DNA of 64,000 bases from Podarcis bocagei (lineage: Eukaryota). Both the position numbers and the translations under genes were made by a program. Under the pieces are notes generated by a model. The model was not told where the DNA came from, did no database searches, and worked only from the letters and a program-made list of their open reading frames with translations. This document shows, one piece after another, positions 27,241-41,500 of the stretch. Numbering within the stretch: the stretch's first letter is position 1; the number at the start of each line of letters is the position of its first letter. Where the stretch lies: NCBI GenBank assembly GCA_964188305.1, contig OZ076886.1. One strand, written 5' to 3'.

Positions 27241-27531
27241 CCACGACGGGGTGAGCTCCTGTTGCTCGGTCCCTGCTCCTGCCAACCTAGCAGTTCAAAA
27301 GCACGTCAAAGTGCAAGTAGATAAATAGGTACCACTCCGGCAGGAAGGTAAATGGCATTTCCGTGCACTGCTCTGGTTCGCCAGAAGCGGCTTAGTCATG
27401 CTGGCCACATGACCCGGAAGCTGTCTGTGGACAAACGGCGGCTCCTCGGCCAGTAAAGCGAGATGAGCGCCGCAACCCCAGAGTTGTCTGCGACTGGACC
27501 TAATGGTCAGGGGTCCCTTTACCCTTTACCT
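27241..27531 (-). mobile_element. Sauria SINE
   Basis: Reverse complement of the element at 50297-50646; ends with the (TTTACC)-type sequence. Confidence 0.85.
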
Positions 27532-28227
27532 TATACAAGCATTGTTTACAACTAATATAAATTTTTACAATATCATAGCTAATATAAATTAACTAATATA
27601 AATAAATAAATATTCCTGTACTGAGCAGGGGGCTGAAACAGGTGACCTCAAATCCTTTCCAACACAAAATGGCCTTGGCAAGTCTGTTGAGTTGCTGACT
27701 TGCACTTTAAAACAATGGACTTTGTTTATTCTATTTTGATATTTATTTGTATTTTATCATATTTACTATATTTTGATTTTATAACTTTTGTAAACTACTT
27801 AGGGATTATTATTATTTTGGCAAAAACATTAAGCAGTATTTTCATTCATTCATTCTCTGATGCTTGCTTCCTCCCAAAGGAGCCCAGTGCTCCTATAGAC
27901 ATCTTTATTATTTATTAAATATTATACACTGCTCGTCATCTGAGGAGTGAAAGGGTGGTTTACAGTACAAAAACACCACCTTCTAACTAAATAAAGGGTT
28001 CATTCATACTTTTGTTGCATGTGGGCAGCATCCTGCCCTTCCATCCATTTTCATTGTCTGTATGATGTCCTCCTTCAAATCGCTGTCTTCCTGCACTTTC
28101 CTCTCCTTCAATCCAAATTTTCTGATTCCAAAAGGGACAGGATGTGAGAAAATCTGGAGCAGAAAGTGCAGGAAGGCAATGGAGAACATCATATGGACAA
28201 CAGAGAACTAACACAGGTACAAGCAAG

Positions 28228-29003
28228 ATGAACTTTAACAGGGAGAAATGTCAAGTATTGCACTTGGGCAAAAAAAATGAGAGGCACAAATACAAGATGG
28301 GTGACACCTGGCTTGAGAGCAGTACATGTGAAAAGGATCTAGGAGTCTTGGTTGACCACAAACTTGACATGAGCCAACAGTGTGACGCGGCAGCTAAAAA
28401 AGCCAATGCAATTCTGGGCTGCATCAATAGGAGTATAGCATCTAGATCAAGGGAAGTAATAGTGCCACTGTATTCTGCTCTGGTCAGACCTCACCTGGAG
28501 TACTGTGTCCAGTTCTGGGCACCACAATTCAAGAAGGACACTGACAAACTGGAACGTGTCCAGAGGAGGGCAACCAAAATGGTCAAAGGCCTGGAAACGA
28601 TGCCTTATGAGGAACGGCTAAGGGAGCTGGGCATGTTTAGCCTGGAGAAGAGGAGGTTAAGGGGTGATATGATAGCCATGTTCAAATATATAAAAGGATG
28701 TCACATAGAGGAGGGAGAAAGGTTGTTTTCTGCTGCTCCAGAGAAGAGGACACGGAGCAATGGATTCAAACTACAAGAAAGAAGATTCCACCTAAACATT
28801 AGGAAGAACTTCCTGACAGTAAGAGCTGTTCGACAGTGGAATTTGCTGCCAAGGAGTGTGGTGGAGTCTCCTACTTTGGAGGTCTTTAAGCAGAGGCTTG
28901 ACAACCATATGTCAGGAGTGTTCTGATGGTGTTTCCTGCTTGGCAGGGGGTTGGACTCGATGGCCCTTGTGGTCTCTCCCAACTCTATGATTCTATGATT
29001 CTA
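28228..29003 (+). mobile_element. CR1 LINE 3' fragment (young, open ORF2 end)
   Basis: [14 protein letters not shown]...EKDLGVLVD...[17 protein letters not shown]...[11 protein letters not shown]; terminal (ATTCTATG)n octamer. Confidence 0.95.
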
Positions 29004-29659
29004 AGCAGCTTACTGTCCGCAATAAACAACAGTATGAATGAACTACCATGCTGTTGGATTATTGCTTAAATTGAGAAAGCATGAATATCAATGCCCTGGA
29101 ACTTCAGTCCTCCCCGGAGTAATACCTAATCTTGTTGGCATAGCTGGTTAGAAACCGCAAATGTGCTGTTTTCTAGGGAAACCTGCTGATGGCAAAATAG
29201 CCATCAGCAGCAGGGGTTACTGTCCACTGAGACTGGTAGAGCAGAAGGCAAGGAGCCCAGACAGCAGTACGCTCAATAATTAGTGGAGCCAACTCATCTT
29301 AAGCTTTGTTCCTGTTCTCTTCTCTGCTGTGTTTTATAAGAGCAATACTGAGACTACAGATGAGGGAGATGATAGGCAGTTCCACCACACTGGGCTCATT
29401 GGAAGATGGGCTGGTGGGGGCTGGCTGAGGGCAGACTAAGGTTGGTGGAGCAGTGATTCATTTGCCCATATGGACTAGCCTCCACTGGCCATTAGAAATA
29501 TTACATTCAGTGTCTACATTTAGTTTGCATTTCTGTTGGCCTGGACAGGGGGAGTTACTTGGGGATGTTTCACTTCTGCTTCTCATTTATTTCAAACAGT
29601 TTCCATTGTTCATAGTGCCACCGAGGCTATAAATAAAAATGCAAACAGACTATAGCTTT

Positions 29660-30390
29660 CGACACAGTCTCTGAAAGAGAGATTCTCATACCAGGCACAC
29701 TTATTATTTACAAGTGATGTGCTCTTTACCAGAGCTATGACGAGTGCCGACGACTGCTGGACAGATCACTGATTAATGTGTTCTATGTTGGCTATCAAGA
29801 TACCTCAATGCAGGCTTCAAGGAAGGAAACCAAGGCGCAAAATGAACACTCAAGCCCTTCAAGATCCTATTAAGTGGGATTGCTTCCAAATTACTCTTAA
29901 GGACCACCAGTGTCGAAGCAATGATACTTCAACATCAACTTCGTTGCACTGGTCATGTTGTGCCGATGCCTGGTTATCGTCTTCCAAAGCAACCACTCTA
30001 TTCCTAACTCAAGAATAGAAAGCGAAATAGTGGTGGACAACAAAAGAGGTTTAAAGACTTTCTCAAGGCAAATCTTTTAAAATGTAGGAGAAACACGGAC
30101 AATTGTGAAACACTGGCCTGCGAGTGCTCCAATCGGAGAACAGCCTTTGGAGATCAGTCGTGGGCTTTGAAAACGCTCAAACTCAGGACGAAAGGGAAAC
30201 ATGTTAAGAGGAAGGCACATTTGGCAAACCTTCACTGTGATCAGTTCCCGCCCAGAAACCTATGTCCCCACTGTGGAAGGACATGTGGATCCAGAATTGG
30301 CCTTCACAGTCACTTACAGACTCACTGTTAAGACTGTGTTCATGAAAGACAATCTTACTCGGATACAACTGATCACTAAAGAAGAAGAAG
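29660..30390 (+). mobile_element. Degenerate RTE-clade LINE 3' fragment
   Basis: Frameshifted remnants (QLRCTGHVVPMP, KRFKD..K, CPHCGRTC.SRIGLHSH) and a (GAA)n tail. Confidence 0.75.
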
Positions 30391-31135
30391 ATTTATCTTT
30401 CATCTTTTCCCCTGAAAGGGACTCCAGTCCTAGCGGCTTACAGATAAAACAGGACCAGCTAAAAACATAGGGATGAAAAAAACAACAAAAAACTACAACA
30501 ATTAAGCATTGATAGATTCAAAACTATAAATATAGTTCCCAAAAATGTTGTATGTTACATCACAAAAGACTCCTGAGTAAGCTTGGCCCCCATGCAACAA
30601 GGGGCGAAGTACTCTTGTAGGTTAGGAAGTAGTTAAGTAGCAAAAACCAGAAAGCAGGAATAAATGTAGAAATGTAGGAGGTGGAGTTTCCCCAAGAAAC
30701 TGTATTGGGACCTGTGCTTTTAACTTTTTGATATATCATTAGAGTGAGGGGTGAGCAGTGAGGTAGCCAAGTTTGCTGATGACACTCAGTTGTCCAGGTC
30801 CATTATAACAAAGAGAGATTGCGAAGAGCTCCAAAGAACCTTTTCAAATAGGCAGTAAAGCAGCTAATGCAATTCATCGTGCCCACCTGTGCGTACAGAC
30901 AACATGGCTAGTAACTGCCATTTTAGACTACGTTATCGTGCAAAGGCATGCAGAATTGCAAACCGCTATGTACAAAAAATGCTATAACCCATGTGTGTTT
31001 TCAAAGGCTACATATGTATATACAGCCTAGGGCTACAATCCTACCTAAGGGGTTATGGGGTTGCTGTTTTTATTTTGATTATATATTTTGATTTTGTTCT
31101 GTGAACCGCCCTGAGACCTCCGGGCATAGGGCAGA

Positions 31136-31140
<5 letters not shown>

Positions 31141-31213
<73 letters not shown>
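31141..31213. repeat. (AAT)n microsatellite, about 24 units
   Basis: Seen directly. Confidence 0.95.
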
Positions 31214-31215
<2 letters not shown>

Positions 31216-31439
31216 CCATTTGCCAGGGAGTAAACTACATTGAATTCAATAGGACGTCTGAGGACTTCTAAGTAGACATGGCTATGACAATGTGTTGTAA
31301 GAAACTAATTATGGCGCAAGCCTCGGTGGACCTGATGAAAAGCTTATAACATTAAAAAAATAAATCTGTCTTTTAAAGTTCCCAAAGACTCGACAACACC
31401 AAGGGTGGCAGAATCCCACTCCTACGATGCCCATCCCGG

Positions 31440-31580
31440 CTTTGGCTCCACCCGGAAGTCAGTCTATACTATAGTTCTATGTTTATTTTCCATCATGACA
31501 TCATATCCTGGCAAACCGGGCGGACTTCCCCCCTCCCCCGCCCTCCAGGAATTCCGGAGTCGCCGGCGCCTGCGGTCGCC
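31440..31580 (+). promoter_or_regulatory. DALRD3 proximal promoter
   Basis: ETS site CCGGAAGT (31452-31459), TGACATCA (31496-31503), GC box and CpG-rich sequence leading to GCCATGG Kozak ATG. Confidence 0.7.
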
Positions 31581-34500
31581 ATGGAGACGCTCGAGAGCCG
31601 CTTGTCTGTCTCCGAGACTCTGGAGGTCTTGAACGCTACTCTCCGAGGAAAGGCCGGGGTCGGTGCTCGCGGCCCGGTCTGGTTCAAGGAGAGTAGCGCC
31701 CGGAACTTACGTAGCAGGGATTTCCTGGCTCCGCAGGCTGCCCTGATGGCGATGTTCGCGGACGGACAGGTAAGGGGGCGTGTCCTCCGCGAAAGGGGGC
31801 GGGGCCTCCTTGCCTGTATTCATTTATTGGTATGCAAATAGTTAGTTCCCCTGTGAGGTACCACCTCCAGCTGTCAGGTGGTGCTTTGTGATTTACTATA
31901 ATTATTATTCCTGTATTACAGGGGGTTGGACTAGATGACCCCAGGGGACTCGTACAACTCTTACAATTCTATGGTTCTAGTAGTAGTAGTAGTAATAATA
32001 ATAATAATTTATTATTTATACCCCGCCCATCTGGCTGGGCCTCCCCAGCCACTCTGGGCGGCTTACATAAAAACNNNNNNNNNNNNNNNNNNNNNNNNNN
32101 NNNNNNNNNNNNNNNNNNNNNNNNNNNNNNNNNNNNNNNNNNNNNNNNNNNNNNNNNNNNNNNNNNNNNNNNNNNNNNNNNNNNNNNNNNNNNNNNNNNN
32201 NNNNNNNNNNNNNNNNNNNNNNNNNNNNNNNNNNNTGGCCGAGCCTCCCCAGCCACTCTGGGCTGCTTCTAACAGAATATTAAAAACACAATAAAACATC
32301 AGACATTAAAAACTTCCCTAAACAGGGCTGGCTTCAGAAGTCTTCTAAAAGTCAGATAGTTGTTTATTTCCTTGTCATCTGATGGGAGGGTGTTTCACAG
32401 GGCAAGTGTCACCACCGTGAAGGCCCTCTGCCTGGTTCCCTGTAACCTCACTTCTCACAGTGAGGGAACCGCCAGAAGGCCCTCGGAGCTGGACCTCAGT
32501 GTCTGAGTTGAACGATGGAGGTGGAGATGCTCCTTCATTTATACTGGGCCGAGGCTGTTTAGGGCTTTAAAGGTCAGCACCAACTTATTACTCCATATTT
32601 TATTTATACTCCTCTTTCCAGCTATCTTAGACATTACTTGACTGGAGAAATCACCTACTAATTCTTTCCCTGCAGCAGATTATTTTGGTGATCTAGAGAC
32701 CAGTTTTTAATACGTCACCCACAGCATTTTAGCTTAGAAAGCCCAGCCGTGATCTATTTGTGCTTGAAACTTGGGTTGTCTTAAAAAAACAAAACAAAAC
32801 TACATGGTGAACTGCTTTGTTTCTGCTCCTGAACAGCCCAAACCAGGAGGAAGCCGACACTCCTTGACTCTTCTGCCTTTTCTTGTATCACAACAGGTTC
32901 CCGATGGCGTTGCTGAGAGTGTGTCTTCACTTAAACGCCCAGGGTTGCCACCCATCCGGAGTTGCCAAAAGAGCCCAGCTGGACTGACTGTGCAGTTAGA
33001 GAGGCCTGCTGTCTTTGAGCAGATCCTGAAAGCCATTCCTGTGTATACGGAGCCCCCTCAGGCTGCCCATGGGCACAGCATCCTCCTGAACTGTGTGCCC
33101 CTGCACGGCTGCAAGGGCCTGAACTCGCTGAGTCTGAGTCACCTGAGAGCCATCCTGGTCACTGACCACCTCGCAGGCACACTCCGAGCTCAAGGGTTAG
33201 TAGATGCAACTCGATGAACCTATTCTAATTGTCAATCCCGGATCCAGGAATATGTGTGGCATTCTTATGTGTTTATTACAACTTTACACACAATGAGAAG
33301 TAGATGCAACAATGTTCAGTGGGGCTGATTTCTAAGTAGGCATGCAGATGATTGCAGCATTTGTCCTCCCCACAGTTCAAAGCTGCTTATATAGCTGTGA
33401 ATGTGCTGTGTTTTGGAGAGAACAGTACAGTGGTACCTCGGGTTAAGTACTTAATTCGTTCTGGAGGTCCGTTCTTAGCCTGAAACTGTTCTTAACCTGA
33501 AGCACCACTTTAGCTAATGGGGCCTCCTGCTGCTCCCACGCCGCCGGAGCACGATTTCTGTTCTCATCCTGAAGCAAAGTTCTTAACTCGAGGTACTACT
33601 TCCGGGTTAGCGGAGTCTGTAACCTGAAGCGTTTGTAACCCGAGGTACCACTGTATTGTCCTTTCTAGGACTTTGGCAACATTCTGAGAATCTTACCTGC
33701 TTTTTAAGAGAGCTCTTGGTTCTAGCCTTCATTTCTGTGGAGGAGAAGTTCGGATTTGGAAAGCAGTGCTCTACCGTCAAGCCTTTAAATACAGCACTCA
33801 GGTCATACTGGACCTTTAGCTGTTCTTTGAGTAGAATATGGAGAGTTTGTCTTCTGCTCACTTTGGCGGCTGTATGGCCAATGTTGTGTGTGGTTCTTTG
33901 CCTTTCAGGGTGGATGTACACCTGGTCCCATCTTCGGTTGATGAGGAAATCCATAGATTCCTGCATCGGCTACGAGTTGAGTGGCCTTCAGGTTTGGAAG
34001 CCTCTCAAAGCCCTGAGGATATCCAAGCCATGAAGGAAAACCTTCGCCAATGTTCTCATGCCACTTTTGACCAGACGGAGCAGAATGCAGTGGTCTGCAA
34101 AGTGCACTTGAAAGGGTTCCTTGAGGAGGAGCAGGAAGACTTGGAGGGCTATGACCCTAATGTGGACGTCTTTCTTGGTAGGCGCTTTATTTTATCATTT
34201 TTAAACAGATGCTTGCCTTATCCCTAAGACAGGGATCTTTTTGTATCTACCTTCACTACAATGTAGGTTGAGGATTGAGAAGATGACTTGCCAAGCTAAT
34301 ATGGGAGCCTCTGTGGTGTAACGCTTAGACTTAGAGTGTTGGACTAGGGGACCTGGGAGAAAAAGGTTTTAATTTTTACTGAGTGACCTTGGACCTGTCA
34401 CTTTCTCTTAGCCTAACCTATATAAAATATAAACAAAATAATTGGAAACCCAGTCCAATGCTGTTATACCAAGTCTATTGACCTGATGGGTGTTTTTATC

Positions 34501-37500
34501 AAGGAAATAGCTGTGGCTGGATCATGGTTGAATTAGTTCCACTTGGTTGCACTAAGCCCTAGGAAACAAGAGCTCTAGAGCTGCGGAAGCAGACAGAGCA
34601 GAAACTGAACACCGTCCACACAATATTTCCTGAGAGCCAGTGTGGCATTGTAGTTGGAGTGTTGGACGGGGACCTGAACCAGGGTTCAAGTGCTAACTCA
34701 GACATGAAGATGACTGGGTAACCTTGGGCCAGTTACTGACCCTCGCCCAACCAACCTCACAAGGTTGTTGTGAGGATATAATGGGGGGGGGCGCATGGGG
34801 ACAACCATGTATCCCACCTTGAGTTGTCTGTAGGAAAGGTGGGGCTGGGGCATTGTTTGGGGAGGTTTGTTGCTGTTGGGTTTTTTTGTATCTTCATTTT
34901 AGATTTTGTTGTGATTGGCATGGAAATTTTTCAGCTTGGTTTTGTATTTTTTAAATTTATCGGATTATGACTACTTTTGTTACGTTGTAGTTATGTACAG
35001 TGGTGCCTCGCAAGAAGAAAAGAATCCGTTCTGTGATTCTCTTCGTCTAGCGGTTTTTTCGTCTTGCGAAGCAAGCCCATTGACGGATTAGCGGATTAGC
35101 GCTATTAGCAGCTTTTAGCGGCTTTTAGCGTCTTATCAGCTTATCGGATCAGCTGATAAGCGGCTTAGCGGCTTAGAAAAAGGGGGGAGGGGAAAAAACC
35201 AGCAGGAACTCGCAAGACATTTTCGTCTTGCGAAGCAAGCCCATAGGAAATTCGTTTTGCGAAGCACCTCCAAAACGGAAAACTCTTTCGTCTAGCGAGT
35301 TTTCCGTCTTGCGAGGCATTCATCTTGCGGGGCACCACTGTATCTTTTTATATGTTGTAAGCCACCTTGAGCATGGTTTGAACTGTGGAAAGGCATTGTG
35401 CAAATAAAACTATGTATGCATGTATACATGTAGTAATAGTAATAATAATTTATTCCTTTTCAGTGACAGAGGAAAAGCTGCGCCATGCGGCTGAGCTGCA
35501 GCGTGTGGCCCTGCAGTGCATGGTGAGTAGACGGCTGAAAACCTTCAGCCAGGGGTGAACTGAGCAACCCTCTTGTGTGGTCTCTGCATCTCATGTGAGC
35601 TGCTGCTGTTCTGCAGGTGGCTGCACCAGAAAAACACTGCAGCATTGTGCATGTGGTGAGCAGCGAGGAGGCCTTCCAGCAGCAGAAGGTGGACTTGCTA
35701 TTGAGGCTGCTAGCCCCACAAGTGCTCACAGTTTCACAGGTGAGGAGTGCACTTTCTTTCTAGGTACAAGCTGTGTGTAAAGCTGTTGCTGCTACGTTGG
35801 GTTGCTGCGGGGCCAGATAGGGACCGTGGCTCAGGGGAAGGGGACTTTTACCTTTGACCTCACTCTAGCCCCATTTGGAATTTCCTCCTCCATTTTTTTC
35901 TTTTTTAAGAGGGGAGGAAAGCTCCCATTTATGTCAGTTGGGGAGCTTTCTTTCTGTTGCAAAAAGCAGGCACGTGGTGGTTGCAGGCGACTAATGCTTT
36001 GTTACCTATTTATTCCCTAGAAACACCTTGTCTGTGGGCCTGTCAAAGTCACTCGCTGTGCCTCTCCCATGGGTGCTCTTCAGTATTTCCAGTAAGTTGC
36101 TTTTCTCTGCCAGGACCCTTCCCACACAGGACCCTTCTGCTTTGCTAATAACAGTGGAGCCAGGGCAAGCTGGCGATGAAAGCACGCTCCTGCTTGCACT
36201 TACCTTCTGGGTATTCTGCGCTTACCTTTCGGTCGCTCATGGAAATCGCTGCATTACAGCTGCTTAATAAGCAGCTAGTTTGTGATGCTGTCTTAAGCAC
36301 TCATTCTTGACTTTGAACAAACAGCTTTGTGTCCAGAGACCTGAGTGTGATGGCACTCCCAGCACTGTGATCCAGAAGAATGCAATGAGAAACTTTGCTG
36401 GTACTGAGCCTCCTTTCCCCACCAGTCCTAGTATTATTCAGCATTTGGTTTTGCACCCATGGCACTGTAGGTATGACATGTTCTCTTTTCTGAGGGGCTG
36501 CAACATCTCCTTGCTTACAGGCTGCGGAACTCCCAGATGTATGAGGCTTCAGTGCTGAAATATGGAGACCTCTCTCAAGGTAAAGGTTTGTCTCTTCATT
36601 TGTTGCATGCTGTTCTGTCTCCTTGTTTCTGCTTCTGGGAGGTTTAGGTGTGTCCTACAGCTGGCACGTTGGGGTTGTTCTTCCTATTATTCTGGGTTTC
36701 TTGCCCACTTCAGTTGGATGCCCAACTGCTTGAAAAGGCTTTATTATGAGTCTACCAGGCTTTCCTTTCACCCTGTCAGATAGGGGAACCATAAGCATTT
36801 CCTCCTGGATGCATCCCAGCCCCCAAGGGGTCTCTTCAACCGAACACTCTAATTCCACTGAACTCCTTTTAAATTTATTTATAAATTACTTATCCAAAAA
36901 AATTATAGCCGTGCTTTCCCCTGCCACAAAGGAGTCGGTCAGAGCAGCTTACAAAAATGAAAGCAAACATTAAAACAACGGTTAACCCAATCATTGAAAT
37001 ACAAATTATCAAACTAAGAAACAGCAGCAAAAGACAAGAGCCCTTAAGTGGCAATAGAATCAAAAGCTTCTTTAAAAAAGGAATGCTTTCACTTATCAAT
37101 GGTTTTGTAACTGCTGGTGTGATTTTCTGGCTTCCTTCCTCTAGATGACACCTGGACGGAAACAGTCGGCATCTTGACATCAGCTGCCATCCGATTTGAG
37201 ATGCTGAGCACGACCCATCGGAACCAGGTAAGTGGAGGAGTCCCTTTCAGGTGTGCTACGTTCACAGTTAGGAGGCGATTGGGTTGCTCATGGGTGGAAG
37301 TGGTATAATTTCAGCTGCGTGGAACGGCTTTCTTTGGGACTACAACTCCCATCATCCCTAGCTAACAGGACCAGTGGTCAGGGATGATGGGAATTGTAGT
37401 CCCAAAGCATCTGGAGGGCCGAGTTTGCCTATGCCTGGTTGAAAACATGACTCATGCTTCGTGTTGTAGCAGTTACCACTCCCTCAGTTTACAGTCCCAA

Positions 37501-38538
37501 GTTACAGCAGCTGGGAATGTCTCACTCCAAAACAAAAACAAAAAACCCATAACCCTTTCTTAACAGAGTAATTAGGTGCACAGGTATGGGGACAGTGGAC
37601 AGAGGCACTGCAAAACTGGGGAGGGTAGATGAATTTGGGGACGTATGATAATAGCAAACTGGCTTAGAGTGAATCAGAAGAATGCAACAGGCAACTTTGG
37701 GCCAAGGGAATGGGTATGTGGTTATCATCACCTTGACAGATGTGGATGTGATGGGCCATGAATAACGGACAGTTGCAAATGAACAGACAAAATTAGCCTT
37801 TTGCATGCGGATTTGTCAGAATCCCTCTCTTCCAGGAGGAGGGAGTCTGGGTTAGCCTGGGCAAGGCCACCCTTTCTGGAAAGTGGAGACAGATAGAAGG
37901 TGGCCTGTGCTCCCTTCACTTTCACCTTGGTCACAAGTCACCTTGGTAACTTGCAGGGGAGGCCAGGGCCTTCTTGGGAATAGGGCTAGACCTGACATTC
38001 TCTGCCTGCTCCCCACCCAGCATTGATTTTTGCATCATCCTCAGGTTCTCCTGGATGTGGAGGAGACCAGCATCTCCACTAAAGGGACCAAGAGTGGAGC
38101 CTTTGTGATGTACAACTGTGCTCGGCTGGCCACACTCTTTGAAACATACCAGCGGGCCGTAGAGCAAGGTGAGAGCCCTCCCATCTTCACGCAGGCTGTG
38201 CCATGGCGGCCATGATTCTGTGAATTGGTTGACAATTGACCTGGACCTTCCCTTAGAAGCTGGGGTAGTACTTAAATCGCCTGATTTAGGATTCAAGCAA
38301 ACAACTTGCTTGTGGAGCTGTCGTGCTTCATGCTTGTGGGGTCCCGTTGGTCCTGGGACTAGGAGCAGCCAGCCTGCCATGGTTGTTATCATAATGAATT
38401 TTCTGGAGCAGGGAGGGTCCCTTGCATTGGCCAGTGATTTGTAGCAGGTGGCCAGAAACTATGGATCCTTGGCTTGGTTAAAAGCATTCAGAAAGGTACC
38501 TGATATTAAAACGTTCACCATGTGTTGAATTGTGACAC

Positions 38539-38580
<42 letters not shown>

Positions 38581-41500
38581 CCTGACTACAGAGGCAGATT
38601 TTGAAACTTGCACGCAGTGTCTCCCAGAGTTAGAACCCAGAAGGGCAAAGCGGTTGAGGGATGGTGTGCCCACACACTTCCTTCAGCTCATTTCTACGCA
38701 GCGTAGACCTGCTGGAATTAGTGAACCTAGGTTAGTCAAGTCTATTAATTTCAGTGGGTTTACTCTAGAGCAGAGCTCGCATTGCCTATAACTCTTTATG
38801 TCTTGCTCCACGGCCCAAGCTCCTTTTCCCTTTTACGCATCCTGGTTTATTGCCGCTCTCCAAAATGCCACACAGCCCTTTATTTTGCCCTTTAGAACTC
38901 CTAAATATTGCAGCTTCCCCACCCACTTTTTAGTTGCTGTTGCGATTAATTACAAAAAAAAAAAAAACCTGATCAAATTTAGGAATGTTGGTTTAATCTG
39001 CATGGCTCTCTGTAACTGGCAGGTTTGGAGTTTCGCTGCAGTAAATGTGAATCCCTCGGTATGGCTATCACTGCATCCCCTGAAAGGCTTTTGCCTAAGA
39101 TGCTCCTATGGTCACAAATTTCTCCCATCCAATTCCAGGTCTGTACCCAGCCTTTCCTCAACCTTCGGAGCTGAACTACGCATCTCTCAGGGAAGAGGTA
39201 AACAAAAGAATACAGTCGGCGACCATTTTAGGCACATCCAATTGATGCGTGGTTTTCAGTGCGTGGATCCTTCTGTACCTGTAAGAAGGCAGAACGGGGG
39301 CAGGGCGCACTTATACATGCTCCGCTGACAAGCACAGGGGCCAGAAATGGAACCCCTGTGTGAAATGGTCACCACCTGCACAACGATCCAGGCCTGCAGG
39401 GCTGCTCCTATAGGATCAGCTGGATTTGTTGGGAACACAAACATCATTTGGCAAGTTGAGCCAAGTTAGGGCAACCGCTAGAAAGCATGGAGGAGGGTCT
39501 AAAATATGCAGAGCCGGCCCACCCATGAAGCGGGGTGAAGCAACCGCTTCAGGCAGCGGAAAGGCAAGAAGCAGTTCCCCTACAGATGCTCTGTGCTGCC
39601 CCCTGCAGGAGCAACCAAGGTAAGGGAGGCTTTGGCCGCAGCAGAGCAGCTGAGTATTCCATTCCCCATCTTTGCTGCCCCTAGCGAATCTAACCCCCCC
39701 AGCCCCCCAGCCTGGTAGGGTGGCAAGGCTTTGCAAGGGCTTTTCCTCGAAGGGAAGCCCTTGCAGAGCCTCACGCCCTCCCAACATTGTGGGTGCAGCA
39801 GGAAGGTGTTTTGCCTCGGGTGCCAAGATGTCTCGGGGCGCCCCTGAAAACGTTTACCTTGTCCAAACTTTCTGCTACAAAACAGGCCTCAGGATACCTG
39901 CCTTGCACAAATCAGCTCACGGAATCCAGACTGCCATGTGCTTCTATACCACAGTCAGCTGTTTGTGCTTCTTGCATCCGAAATCTCATTGCTTGGTTCC
40001 CTTCTTGCCGATTAACAAACTGGGGGATGAGTATAGGCCTAAGGATGATTTGGACTACAACCCCCATCAGCCCCAGAAATCACGGCCAGTGGCCAAGGAT
40101 GATGGGAGTCGTAGTCCAAAACATATGGTTGGGGAAGGCTGGCCTACTGAGACTCCCACACGTTTCTTCTCTTTCTGCAGGGCGAATGGCTTTTGCTGTT
40201 CAACAGTATCCTGCCTTTCCAGGAGATCCTGAGCCAAGTGATGCAGGTGCCCATCTCCAGCGCTGGGCTCAGAGTCACAGCCAGCACGGAGGCGGTGAGC
40301 TGAGTTTTCAGATATTGCGAGGTGGGGCTGTTGGGCTGCCTTCCCCCTCCCCTTTATCAGCTTGGCTTCCTCTTGGCCATAGGTGAATCTGGCATCGCTC
40401 TGCTTTGTGTTGCAGATTTGCAAGTTCCTGATCCAGCTGAGCATGGACTTCAGTTCCTACTACAACCGGGTGCATATCCTAGGGGTAAGTGCTCTGGGAG
40501 GAGAGTCGCTGGGGTATTCATTGAGTTGCAAGTCCACACTGCATCGGCTCAGGCCATTTCCACATAATGAACATCTGGCCCGAAAGGTGCATTCGCTACA
40601 AGTCAGGTAAGCTTGTAATAGGCTCCTTTTGAAACATACTGATCTTGAATCCATAAAATCTGGATCCAAGGCTCGGCTTTGTAGAGTTGCGAAGCCTAGG
40701 GAGTGGCCAGCTTCAGGTTTGTAGGTCTCTGACTTTGTATGCCAGAAAAGGTCTTGAGCTCTGTCCACCTGCAGACTGCTCCTTGGCAGCTATTTCGCTC
40801 CTCCTTTCAGCCAGGAAACTGAAATTAACGGTGGTTTCCTGTTGTGTCTGAACTTGGAACTACAGTTAATGATTTCCAAATAAGCCACAATCTGTAACCC
40901 ATCTTTGAGCAGCTTCATATCTTTGCTTGCTTAGAAACCATCAATCATGGTTTCCTGGTTCGTACAGAACAGGAAACTATGGTGAACTTTGGCTTCCTTG
41001 TTTGTTTAACCATTTTCATAAAGAGTGAGGTGCAGCTTGGGCATAACTTGGCATATTTTATTTATTTCTGAGTCAGGAGGCTGTGTTGGCATCTTCAGTC
41101 ATCCATGCTAAGGCTGTACTGTACTAGTGGGAAAAAGAAGCCCCGCTCTATTTTATATCCTCTGCATATTTTTTTTGCAAGAATTGTGGTAAAGAGGAAG
41201 GTAGTTTTGGAGCAGAAGGCTCCAAAGACTTCTCTTCCCACCACGTGAAGCTCATTTCTGAAGCTTTGCAAACTAGAAGCTTCCATTTAGGATGTACTAA
41301 TATTTTCAGAAAACATTAACTAAGGTGAAGAGTTAAGGATCGGCTTTCTGAGCCTAAAGCCACAAGTGTAATTTGCCTTCGAGTGAGAATGACAGGCATC
41401 AACTTAATAACTCAGGGTCAGCTGATGCCGTCACTGACACCGCTATAATAGCATAGAACGCTGTCAATAACATACCGTATTTTTTGCTCTATAAGACTCA

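Noticed and set aside
28144-28926. 260-aa ORF as a host gene
   Set aside because: It is a CR1 ORF2 fragment.
32010-32270. Tandem duplication of an L2 3' end
   Set aside because: The copies flank an assembly gap and may be a scaffolding artefact.
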